This document shows, piece by piece, positions 23,715-35,509 of a stretch of DNA of 64,000 nt. Source of the DNA: Basidiobolus meristosporus CBS 931.73 (taxonomy: Eukaryota > Fungi > Basidiobolomycota); NCBI GenBank assembly GCA_002104905.1, contig MCFE01000147.1:90507-154506 (forward strand), in the 5' to 3' direction. The notes beneath the pieces were generated by a model. The model had not been told where the DNA came from. It saw only the letters and a list, made by a program, of their open reading frames with translations, and searched no databases. The stretch's first letter is position 1. The number at the start of each line of letters is the position of its first letter. The translations under genes and the position numbers were made by a program.

Positions 23715-24902
23715 TTAGAGGGAGATTGCGGTGGGTCTCGCGTCGCCATGTCGGCTGGTATCTGCGGTGATGGTGCCACGGTTGGGTGAGCAGCACAACA
23801 AGGCTAGAGCTTCCAGAGCTATTTTCTTGTCGTTGGGCATCTGCTCCTCCACGTTTCCAATGTCCTCCAGGGCCTTCTTCATCGGCGTGTGAGACTCGAG
23901 GGAGGAGTTGGCGGGCTTACGTTTCGGCGTCAGGTCCATCTGAGCCCAGTTTTCGTCGTCCGTATCTTCGTCGTCATCCGGTGGCGCGGCTTTCGGCGTG
24001 GTATTGGGTAGGATGTCCACTGGCCTGTTCCACGTCCGTGGTGTGGAGGGGGTCACCGGCGTGGGTGGAAGGGAGAAGTTGGAAGAGTCCGTCCCTGCAT
24101 TCACCCGTTTCGACGGGGTCAGCGGGACTAGTTGTTCTAACGGGAACCGAGGGATTTTCTTCTTCAGAGAGAGTCTGTTCGGACCAAGTGATTTCCAATC
24201 CTCATCCTCAGTATCCGAGTCGTGGCGGTCGTTCATGAACACGTCAGTGATCCCAGATTGTGAGCGGATGGGGCTGAATCCAGATGATGCCACAGATGGA
24301 AGGATCTTGATTGTATGCTCCCTTAGCTTGCGTGGTGTTCGTCGAGCGTTCTGGGGGGACGGTGTAGGGGAGGAAGGAAGTAGAGGGGCAAGCTTTGGTG
24401 GACCAAAAGGATCCCCAGCAGGCAAAATCTGACGATTGCTTGGCATCAAAGGTCTTGCGTTTGGTGTTGTCTCTCTGATGGGAGAGAAAGGATAGGCGGT
24501 AGGCATCTTGAATGTGTGCTGGTCCAGGTCCATTCCGGGCTGACTTGGTTTAGGTATTCCGCCCTGCGGAGAGGTATCTTCCGAGGTCTCCTCCAAAGTC
24601 CAACTATCGTTGTCGCCCAGGGACTTGAAGCAGTCACTGTTTCTCAAAGCTTCGCTAATGTTTTGAAGAACACTCTCCGGGTTTTCGGTTCTAAAATAGG
24701 GAAAACTCTCGATGACTCTGCCATAGATCTCTCGTACGTGAAAGGTCAAGGTAGCTTTGGGGCGAAGGGTGACGGCCTTCCGGATGATCTGTTCCCAAGA
24801 CTCTTTGGGTTTTTTTAGCTTGAACTTGGGTGGGGTTCCCAGCTCTTTTTGGAAGAGGTTAGAGGGGAAGTCGGGATTTCTTACTGGAGTGCTTGAAGAC
24901 AT
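23715..24902 (-). CDS. Divergent forkhead/winged-helix protein with long disordered CDK-site-rich tail (395 aa, intronless)
   Basis: KPKESWEQIIRKAV..REIYGRVIESFPYFR..QNISEALRNSDCFK..SWTL follows the forkhead pattern (KPPYSY..LSEIY..FPYYR..NSIRHNLS.N.CF..WTL). ATG assumed at 24902. Confidence 0.65.
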   Translation of the reverse strand: MSSSTPVRNPDFPSNLFQKELGTPPKFKLKKPKESWEQIIRKAVTLRPKATLTFHVREIYGRVIESFPYFRTENPESVLQNISEALRNSDCFKSLGDNDSWTLEETSEDTSPQGGIPKPSQPGMDLDQHTFKMPTAYPFSPIRETTPNARPLMPSNRQILPAGDPFGPPKLAPLLPSSPTPSPQNARRTPRKLREHTIKILPSVASSGFSPIRSQSGITDVFMNDRHDSDTEDEDWKSLGPNRLSLKKKIPRFPLEQLVPLTPSKRVNAGTDSSNFSLPPTPVTPSTPRTWNRPVDILPNTTPKAAPPDDDEDTDDENWAQMDLTPKRKPANSSLESHTPMKKALEDIGNVEEQMPNDKKIALEALALLCCSPNRGTITADTSRHGDARPTAISL

Positions 24903-25279
24903 GGCCACTGACAAGTAAGGAAGTTTGAGTTGACACAAAGATCCCGAAGAGGTGACAAATTCAAGGAATATGAGAGGTCAAGAGGGATGGATTGACTTGT
25001 TCGATGGACAAAAGTAAGTTCAAAATGGAAATGGAAATAGGAAGCAACAATAGAGAAGTATTTTCAATCGGTTAGGGGAAATAATTGACGGGGGTTCAAG
25101 TCATCTATTGAGTACTCGCTGGTAAACAAAGCACGCTGTCCAATCAGATCGACTGCGCTGGTAAAAAAAACCAAATAGAATTATAGATGAGAGTCAGTAT
25201 TGGGGAGAGATCCTATTATAATAGTCACTTGGTGTTTACACTTGATCATTCGCCCATACGGTGACTTTCCTCATGGTCG

Positions 25280-25290
25280 CACGTGACGCG
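25280..25290 (-). promoter_or_regulatory. GTCACGTG E-box (Cbf1/USF type) overlapping a CGCG element in the divergent forkhead/SEC61B promoter
   Basis: Plus strand cacgtgacgcg. Confidence 0.4.
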
Positions 25291-25551
25291 GGATGTTTTT
25301 AATTGGACTGTGTCTGATGTTCATTCTCGTCAACCACCCCTGCCATCTGGAAATACTCCACTAACATAAGCATAGGTTGTGTAATAAATATTGCCTATGG
25401 AATGTTTGTACATCAAGCATACATTCCACACATCTTCACATTGTATTGTAGTTAGACACACATTATGCACTGCATTGGGTGGAAATTCGAGTTTCAGAGG
25501 CAGTGGCGTTGTCGCCCAAAATATGCGAATTGGGGGGGGGGTTAGAAGTTA

Positions 25552-25621
25552 CTTAAATTTAGCCGGATTTGTCCTAGTTGAACTAGCTTAAATTTAGCTG
25601 GATTTGTCTAAGTTAAACTAG
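25552..25621. repeat. 35-bp tandem duplication
   Basis: cttaaatttagccggatttgtcctagttgaactag followed by cttaaatttagctggatttgtctaagttaaactag. Confidence 0.9.
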
Positions 25622-25763
25622 CTGGGGCCTCCCAATCAGGATGGGCCACATCCAAGTGTTGGTCAGTTCGAGTTCATAAAATATACCCCGAGTAGCATAA
25701 CGCTATTGTGGTTAAATATTCCTCGAGAGCATTAACGCACACTTGCTAAATATCACAACCAAC

Positions 25764-26182
25764 ATGGTCGGTAGCAAGTTTCTGCTTCCTTTTATTCCAT
25801 CATACTAATCATGGTTTCCCTCACTATGTCCGCCACACCCACAGTCCGGTTCATCCTCTCCTGGTCGTAACCTCAGGTACAGATATGGTTGTCTCTATTC
25901 GTTTGTATGTCTACTAAATATAAGCAAACCGAACAGAAGTCGCGCTGGTGCCTCCAAGGCCGGTGGCTCACGTGGTGGAGCAGGCGCCGCCAACATGACC
26001 CGTTTATATAGCAGCGAAGCACCTGGGCTAAGAGTGTAAGTTGCACCCTCCTTCGGTGGTATGTCAGCCATGCCTAACCTCCATCTTTGTTTAGCGACCC
26101 AGTTGTCGTTCTCGTACTTTCGCTCGTATTCATTGCTTCCGTGTTTGCTCTTCACATTTACGGCAAGCTTACCCGTGGTTAA
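25764..26182 (+). CDS. SBH1: Sec61 translocon beta subunit; exons 25764-25766, 25845-25876, 25925-26035, 26095-26182
   Basis: Spliced product [77 protein letters not shown] matches the Sec61-beta signature. Three GT-AG introns with branch motifs. Missed by the ORF track. Confidence 0.93.
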
Positions 26183-26506
26183 GCAATACACCCCCTTTCC
26201 TACTTCACACCCAAGCGACGCTCCCGTCCCGAATATTCTGTTCATGACCTCAGGCGTGTATTCACCCCCTTGACGCCACATGCACTTCAAATCCCTTTAA
26301 ATGAAATACTGTTTATAAAGCATGCTTGTAGCAGATGCAGAAGTGGTTATAGATTGCAGGGAGAAGTGTGTGAGCCAACGTACACAAATGGAGAGGGAGG
26401 TTAGCCAAAGCCATGCAGTATTGTTAATACATAGATAGCTATTCAAAAGCGAAAGGGGGTATAAATCCAGAGGAAGAGATAGTTATGGTACAGACGCAAC
26501 AGGCGG

Positions 26507-27936
26507 CTACAACAATACCACCACTAAAGACAGGAACAACAACGCGATGGCGTCGAATTGCCAAGGAGTAAGCCCTGGGCCAGAGTTGTCAGACTCGGCA
26601 AATAGTTTCAAAGGTTGAAGGAGACGAGTGAGGTTGTGGTTAGTGTGGTAAGTACCAAGGAGCTCCTTGGAGGTCTTCAGGTAATCCGGGTTTTGGTACA
26701 CGAGGAATGCGGATTGCAATATCCGAGCGTACAGTACGGTGGAGTTAAATCCGTCAAGATTCGCGTACGGCCAAGACTGGGGATTGCGTGCGTACGGAAG
26801 GAGGTAATCCACCGCTTTTCGGATACTTCTTCCATCGGGGGTTTGGAAATGGTAGAGATCCACTCCCACGCGGGCCGACAGTGCTGAGAGTAGGAAGAGC
26901 CCGTTTAGGTTGAAGATGGAATAGAACCAGGACGCTGCTCTGGCGGTTTCATGTGGTTGTGAGCCGTCCAATGCGATTTGGGCCGCGATACGCGCACTCG
27001 AGGCGTTCTGAGCTACTTTCAACGCCAGGTCGGTGCGTTTTAAAAACAGAGCGATCCCCATGTATTGGACATCGAAGTAGGTTCCTATTGGATCAGAGTT
27101 AGCGCTAGTCTAGTGGATTAACAGCTCAGAGGGCACCAACCGTGGTTGTTGATGGAGTTTCTCTCATCTATACTGTGCTGACTCGTATCAAGCCACTCGA
27201 GGTATTTGGTGAACCAGTCCTGCAATCCCTCGGTGTCACTCTGAAGCCAGTATCTCGACCTCTGGAGGAATGGGAGCACGTCAAACAGGTCGTTCACGAC
27301 GCTGAAATCGATGAGACCTTGCCTACGCCCTTCACTTGCCCCTTTGATAAACGAGGCAAAGTGGAGATGAGGATTCATTCGAGTTGAGTCGTCCAGAAAC
27401 CATGTTCGTATGCGAGAGATTGCTTTGAGTGCATAGGTTTCGTTCTCGAAGAAGTAATATCCAAGGCCCAGGATCTGTACCTCACGAACCTAAGGAATGT
27501 CTAAGTCTTGGGAGAGAGGGGTGATAGATCCGCGAATACTGACCAGTGAGCGGAATACTTTGTAGTCAGGAACAGTAGTAATCTCAGGGTTGACATGGCC
27601 ATCGCGACGAATGTAGGGTAGCCCATTTGCGGTGCTATTGTTTGGCCAGAAGTATCTTGCCAAAGAGAGGTAGTCATGAGGGTTACTGCTAGGAGCCAGC
27701 TGTGCTTTGCTTGTTACGGTGTAGGGGGTGGCATTACGGGTGGCTTTTTCCGAAAGTCTCTTGAGGGTGTAGAAGGAATCCTGTAGGCCTCTGTCATAAT
27801 TTAACATATGCTGTTTATTCTCAGCAAGGATCTGCGCATTGAGGGTCATGAAATCAAAAGTGTCGACACTGGCGGCTGTTCCGAGAGACAGCAGGGAGTA
27901 AATCACGTATACTCCATAGTAGATGATGGATCGCAT
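26507..27936 (-). CDS. Secreted alginate-lyase-family (PF05426-like) polysaccharide lyase with hydrophobic C-terminal anchor; exons 27936-27544, 27489-27141, 27084-26507
   Basis: Motifs PHDYLSLARYFWP..GLPYIRRDGHVNPE, WFLDDSTRMNPHL and NNHG|TYFDVQ. N-terminal hydrophobic signal MRSIIYYGVYVIYSLLSLGTAAS and C-terminal AIALLFLSLVVVLL. Confidence 0.88.
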
Positions 27937-28209
27937 GGCTAAAGCTAGGTTTCGCCTAATCCCGCTCACGTTCGGTGGTTTATATGGGATTGAGAGCTGC
28001 GTAAGGTCGAGCTTGCCAAACAAAGCGACCCATAGTCAGGAAACAGAATGCTCGCAAGATCAGTAGTAAACAAGACGCAAACTCTAGTCAACTATGCCAA
28101 CTATCCTAACAACCACTATTATGCAATGCACTCCTTATGATGAGTATGGAGAGCAGTAACAAACCAACTACTGCACTTCCAAATAGAATTCAAGGGATCG
28201 GTGGTTTGA

Positions 28210-28360
28210 CAGCTACCTTGCTCACCTACGCAGCCTTCTCTAATAGGCGGTGTTATCCAAGCTACGGATTGTCAACTTCACAGCCTTATCCTTGCCAACT
28301 ACACAGCCTTATCCAAGCTACAGATAGTCAGCCACATAGCCTTATCCAAGCTACTGCTAC
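28210..28360. repeat. Short imperfect repeats CAGCCTTATCCAAGCTAC
   Basis: AGCCTTATCC occurs three times and TTATCCAAGCTAC three times within ~110 bp. Confidence 0.8.
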
Positions 28361-28696
28361 ATAGAGATCAACCCTAGTGGAGAATATTGCCAGGTTGCTG
28401 ACCGGAGATTTAATATGGCTTCAGTCATATGATTCGTGTCGATTGGGTTACCCAACAATCATTAAGCTTCATTCTGTGCGATACAAATAATCCATTGCCT
28501 GACCTTTGGAGTACACAAAGAGACGCTGCACCTCCAAATAGACCACACATCCGGTTTCGATTCGATGCCAGGATGTCAGGGAAATTGGTGGCCACGTGGG
28601 GATGCATGCTCCCTCCGCCACGGTGGACTTCATAAAATCACTCCCGCTGCCCCCACGGAGACCTCACCACACTGATCATCCGACCCACTACACATC

Positions 28697-29697
<1,001 letters not shown>

Positions 29698-30519
29698 CCG
29701 CCTCTACGGCTCAGATTCCCAATGGTGAAGGGATGTTGATAATGTAATTTTACTTCTAAATATCTACGTATGAATCATATCTATATCCAAACCCTATCCC
29801 CCTTGGCGGAGTTATTTTGTATAAAGTTGGATTAAAGCCCCGATTGGTGATTTACTCGTCGCAACATCTGACTGCTTTTAGTACAAATGATAAAATTTTC
29901 ACAAACGGGGGAAACCAGTCAGGTCACCTGATTTATTGGTCGAGAGGTAGTGGCGGCGGCGAGGTGCGGGTGAGAAGGGTAAGAAAACGGGAAAAATGGG
30001 GAAAATGGGGAAAATGACCGGCAACGGGAAAACCAGGAAAACTCATTCAATAGACAAATGGACACTCGAGTCAGTGGGGGGGGGGAATGGTTCACAACCA
30101 GGGTGAATCATCATATGTACATGGACATCACCGTACAAAATCGTTCGTCACCGCAACTACCTATCACACATGTGGAGAAGCGTTTCTGGGGAGCAGGGCA
30201 ATGGATACGGTATATAGCTCGCTACGGGTCAAGAAAAAGAGGTGGGCCAGCGGGGGTTTAGGGGATCCGGGAAACTATAAACATTCTTAGACAATCATTA
30301 AATATATGGGACCAGTCCGCTTTGTAAGTGTTGTAATAAACGCTGCTTGCGCCCCCGTGGGATAATGTTGCAAGCATGGTGAATTCGAAGTGAGCTAACA
30401 TGTTGCCGACGACGGTTAGCTGGGGGTTACGGGCTAATTTAGAATACACCAACTTACATCTCTGCTCACTTTCACCGTCTTCGTGTTGTCGGCTGCGTTT
30501 CGTCTGATTTCCTTGCTCT

Positions 30520-32001
30520 TCACCGTACATACGATCGTTCACTACACCAAGAGCAACCCAGACTATCGCTGCACTTGGTACACAGCACTTTGGTGATACG
30601 GGTGGCTGCGTACTCACCACAATGTGAGCAGCTTCCAGCAGTAAATGAATCAAAGGAGGGCGATCCAGTAAACGGAGAAGAAACATTCGAGTATGAAGTC
30701 AAGGAGGAACTATTGGTAGAGGGTGTGTTTGGTGTGTTTGAGGAGGTTTGGATGGAGGCGTTCCAATGCTTCGTAATTTTCATAGCACTCACGGAGCCAC
30801 TTTTGGATTTACTGGGTTTGGGATTCTTCGGGGTGGAAATCGGTGACCTGCTCTAAATGACAAAAGAGATGCAATGAGGGTTTGATGAGACTCATGCGGG
30901 CAAAAAAACAGGCGATTGGTGGTTACTTTTTTTCGTGGGGTGGGTTTTTCTTTCTTGTCTCGATGGTGGTCTGTTGGAACAGGCTCCCTAGTAGGTTTCG
31001 GCACAGGTTTCTCCAAGGTTACCTCGCTTGGTAGAAAACTTAACGAGCTTTCAAAGGCTTCCTCCTTGATTTCAAAACTCTTCGTAGAAATGGTGCCCGT
31101 AAGATTACTCTGTAGAGTCAAGAGCTGCTCAGGGGTGGTCCCAAGTTCAGTCAAGGGCAGAACAGAGGCATTTGTATATCGTTCCTCATCACGCACCCAT
31201 GTGAAGGTAGGGGGAACGATGCCAGTCTCCCAGTAGAGCGTAGCCAACATAACCGCCTTGTCTTTCAGAAAGGCGTCGGCATTAGCGCCTCGAAGGTAAT
31301 CCGTATAGGGAGGTAGTACTGGGGAAAAAGAAACAGCTTCGGTTTCGGGCACGATCGAGCTAGAAGAAAGGTGGATTAGCGGGGAGGTCACGTGGCAGGA
31401 CAGGAAACCAACCAAAGGAAAAGGAGACAACATACAAAGACCCATCTTCAAAATAACAAACGAGATGTTCCCCTTTCTTGGGCTCCTGTATATCATTCTC
31501 CATGGTTTGTTTGAACGCTTCGATTTCACGTTCGGGTACAATCTACGATCAGGATCGCAAAATGAGCGGGAATTTAGTTAGACGCCAGGCGAAGTACCTG
31601 AACAAGCACATGAAAGCGTACCATCGCAGGCCACCAATAAGGAGCAGTTGGCTCGTCAGGATCTACAAACACAACCTTACGCTTTGGGAAAGCGCGCTTT
31701 CGACTGTGAACCAAGCCAGCATCGAACTCGTAGCCAGAATTCTTCTTGGGGCCGTTGTGGGTGGAGCTGAAACTGGATTTTCTTGAGCGAGACACGGACG
31801 TCATGTTTTCATTGACTACTTTCTCAGTGAAAATAAGAGGGAAAGTGGTCTCTCTAGACAGGGAGGTTATTTTGAAGCGACAAAAAAGACTGGATTCTAT
31901 TTTTACCAGCGGTACTGGCTTATCCCTATCACGATGTCTGGATTCCCTCCAAATGTATTGGATCCGTGGCTCAATTTGGGCGAATTTTCGAAATTTCTCA
32001 T
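30520..32001 (-). CDS. PWWP/Tudor-like domain protein with Cys-rich C-terminus; exon ends approximate
   Basis: Spliced KVVFVDPDEPTAPYWWPAM|IVPEREIE..HLVCYFEDGSF|SIVPE.. resembles PWWP/RBB1NT-type folds. Followed by a low-complexity region and CSHC..CTKC..CSWC. Confidence 0.6.
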
Positions 32002-32121
32002 GTTAGTTGACGCTGCGTGACTTGGTATCTGGTGGGGTTGGAATGGAGAAAAGAATTCCGCTGAATACCATTGGTGCAAGGTCAAGTGAGTTTTAGATCT
32101 TTATGTATATATGTGTACTAT

Positions 32122-32152
32122 GGCTAGGGCTAGGTTAGGCTAGGGTTAGGGC
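32122..32152 (+). repeat. Degenerate telomere-like (YTAGGG) tract
   Basis: ggctagggctaggttaggctagggttagggc. Confidence 0.8.
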
Positions 32153-32229
32153 TGAGCGTGCCTTGTTAAAGAACATACTGTTGAATGCAACACGCGCATT
32201 ATCAAATACATGGACAACATCTCTAATTT

Positions 32230-34179
32230 CTATCTCATACTCTGCGGGATTTTTCTTGGGTCGATGAGCAGACCAAAGTCCAGCGTGACTTCCTCTAACG
32301 CTTGCTGTCCTTCGACGATATACTCATCGTCCGACTCGGGCTGCAGCTCGAACTTCCTGGCCGAAATCCCGTCCCATTCCCCTTGGTTGACCTGTAGTGC
32401 GTCGGGGGTCAGCTTCAGGGTGATTGAGTTTGACGAATGGTCAAATGACAAAACAGTGGCTTCTTTGTAGTCGGATATCTCGGGAGTATAAGACGCTGTC
32501 ATCTCCAGGATTTTGTACGCGATCAGATCACCGGCTCTTGGGCTAAGTAGAGGCTCCATGATGCTATAGTTGCGAGGTCCATTGTCCGGCAGAACAGCCA
32601 CTACTGGCTGATCGTTGGAGATTTGATACACTGGCGCAAGGAGGGGTTTCTTGAGAAGAAGGTTCTTTTTTTAGTGGTGATTCCTGGGAAGAGGGCTCTC
32701 TCTGTAGAGGTGTTCTTGGTGTCTTCTTTCGGTTCTTGCGACTCGATTGATTCCCGTTGAATCCTAGCTCCACAGTGCTATGATACACCCGAGGGGGGGA
32801 AAGCACGACAGGCTGAGAGGAATCATTTTGAGGAGTGGCGGTGACACCTGAATCCACGTATTGTGCGATATCACCACTCTCCGCACCCGCCCCGGCCTCC
32901 ATCTCCACCTCCACCGGTTGCTCGAATCTGAAATGTTGACGTGAAGTATTGAGCATTTCCTTTAAGAAACCTTTCTTTTTGTTCTTGACCAAGGATGCTG
33001 ATGGGTTTGCATAGAACTCGGGTGGTTCATCTAGGGGTGCCGTCTCGCTCGCTCTGTTTGGGTCTTGTTTCATCATATTGCGCTCCAAACTCCGCATCTG
33101 TCTCTTCTTTCTTTTACGAGCATTTCGAGATTGAGTCAAGGTCATACCGTCCGATAAGACACTATCCGACACTGGTGCACTCAAGATATTCAATGTGGAG
33201 CTTAGGTCGCATATAGGTGTATCATTGATGACATGGGTGATTGAATCCATCTTCTCACAGGAGGTTCGAGGATACCAATCTCAGGTTTGAAGGGGAAGTC
33301 AGCAGATGCGATGGGCTTTTCCACTGCTTTAGATCTAAGCAAAGAGAAAAGGTGGCTCAGTGAAAACGCAAGGCAAACATGTCGATTCTCCCGCTCCTTA
33401 CTCGGTTCCCTTCGGCTTGTCGTCTTTGCTGTTGGACTTCACCTTCTTGATCTTGTCTTTGACCTTTTCGAGCACCTTCTTGATTTTCTTCTCTTTCTTC
33501 TTGGGGCTCTTCGGAAGCTCCTCAACCTTGCGTCGTTTACGAGACTCAGACTTGCTCGACTTCTCGGATTTCACGGTGTCCTCACTCTTTCGCTTTGCCT
33601 TAGCATCTATCAGGTTGGATTGATTTAGCCTTCTGTACTAAACACTCGTTGAGATAAGAATGGGTTACCTTTGCAGCTGGGGGACGTGGTGGAGGTCTTG
33701 GATTTAGGGGATTTTTTGCCTACTGGGCTCGCCAGCTTGTCTACTGAATAACACAAACTGTTAAGATCGAGAAAGAAGAAAGTACTGAAAGTGTCGGCTT
33801 AGGCCACTCAATATACCTGGTGCAAGGTCTCTTTTTAGAGGCACTACTGACGAATTTAGATCCCGGGAACGAACACTGCAGTAGTGAAGAAAGAGTAAGT
33901 AAGACAGTGGTGTATGTGATAACGCTATTGACGCTTCAACCATAATAGATCGTTCTCCTTGATCAAGCCATTGACGCTCCCGCTTGGCAACAACTCGTAA
34001 CCATCTATCTCCAGTAAAAGGCTTTGCGGCTCGTGTTGGAGCTCAAAATCAGTGACCAGAAGGGACAGGAGCTCCTGTATACGAGCAGGGCGGAAAGGGT
34101 TTTGAGAGTTCTCGGCTGGGATCTCGTACCAACACCTCAGTGCCAGAAGGGAGGGATCGAAACTCAGACGAACTCGCAT
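32230..34179 (-). CDS. COIL: Coilin-like protein (Cajal body scaffold), multi-exon
   Basis: N-terminal MRVRLSFD..RCWYEI..LLLEIDGYELLPSGSVNGLIKENDLL, a Lys-rich middle, and C-terminal Tudor-like PRAGDLIAYKILEMTASYTPEISDYKEATVLSFD. These match both coilin signature domains. Confidence 0.85.
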
Positions 34180-34270
34180 CTTGCTGTTTACCTGGTACAA
34201 AGGTACATGATAATGATCGTAAAAATCATTCTAAAATGATCGAGGTTGAACATCAAGATGAAAACCCTCG

Positions 34271-34280
34271 ATCACGTGAC
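34271..34280. promoter_or_regulatory. ATCACGTGAC E-box in the divergent coilin/ORM1 promoter
   Basis: Palindromic TCACGTGA ~90 bp upstream of the coilin ATG. Confidence 0.4.
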
Positions 34281-34579
34281 TGCCGTGACCGATAACCTTA
34301 TACGGATGCGGAGTTGACCATCGCTTGCAGAGTCCATGTGTGGTTTCGAAGAGACATTTAGAAGTCCTATCACATCTGCCCTAGTGGTTCCAGAGTTTTA
34401 TTAGAGTAAAATTAGGGGCTTAGTGAGGAGGGGATGATAAAGTGGGTTCGCCACGGATTTTACCAAGCTGTAGCCCCCTGTTGCCTAAGGTGGAAATATT
34501 GAGTAGACACCCAGCAGCTCCCATAACCCTTTCTTCCTTCCCTTTGTTTCCCAGAGGAGCTCAACTAACCTTTCACCAG

Positions 34580-35277
34580 ATGTCAGTGATTATCATACAG
34601 AAGCCCTCCAACCACGCGCAGTATTCCGACACCTCATGTCAAACCAACCTAAACTCCTCTTGGGTGAACTACAAAGGTACTTTCCCCTCCGCCCAGGTTG
34701 AGCACGTGGTACGCACTAACACCGACCCGGCCTTGACATCAAGGCATATGGGTATTTAACTTCATTCTCATTGTTGCGCTTAAGATTCTGTTTGGCATCA
34801 TTCCTGGGATATCTTCCGAAGCCAGCTGGACGCTGACCAACCTCTCCTACAATCTGGTTCGCTAACTCCCTCAACGAGTAGTGCGTGTGTGGCAAAGGTT
34901 AAGTTTCTTTTCTCTTTATAGACGAGCTTTGTTGTGTTTCACTGGATCACTGGGATCCCCTTTGAATTCAACCAAGGAGTGTGCGACGAGCTAACGTTGT
35001 GGGAACAGATGGACAACGGACTCCAATTCTCTCCCTCCAAAAAATACTTCACCGCGGCCCCGATTTTACTGTAAGTCCAGCTGTGCTCAGTCTAGAGCCA
35101 ACCACAACTGAACCCAGCTTCCCCATTCCAAGGTTTCTCCTCAGCACGCATTATACACATTATGCTGGTTCGACCTTCTTGATCAATGTAGCCGCCCTTA
35201 TTGTGAATCTCATCGGGAAGCTTCCGGCGATGCATCGAGTTCGATTGTTCGGTGTCAACATGGTGCACATCGACTGA
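34580..35277 (+). CDS. ORM1: ORMDL/Orm1 sphingolipid biosynthesis regulator (4 coding exons)
   Basis: NLNSSWVNYKG, SWTLTNLSYNL, FHWITGIPFEFNQGVCDELTLWEQMD, KKYFTAAPILL|FLLSTHYTHY, KLPAMHRVRLFG. Confidence 0.96.
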
Positions 35278-35509
35278 TGCAGCCAACTAGATAGCTCTTC
35301 ACCCCCAGCCCACTCCCACCCCTTCCAACGTAGCACTCACCCGTCTATTCATCGTCAGTGTAATCCGGAGCCGGTATTCACAGCAGAACCAAAGTTGGTA
35401 TTTATTTGGAAGAAAATATACAAAAGACATCAACATGATTGTGTGCCGTGTGACTATACATCTAGTATTTATATTTCAAGATATCTACACTCCTCGGAGG
35501 TCCACCGTT

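Noticed and set aside
25895-26290. 131-aa minus-strand ORF and a possible structured ncRNA after a TATATAAA
   Set aside because: The region is fully explained by the plus-strand SEC61 beta exons.
29987-30040. GGGAAAA(T) short repeats downstream of YPT6
   Set aside because: Low-complexity and short. No supportable function.
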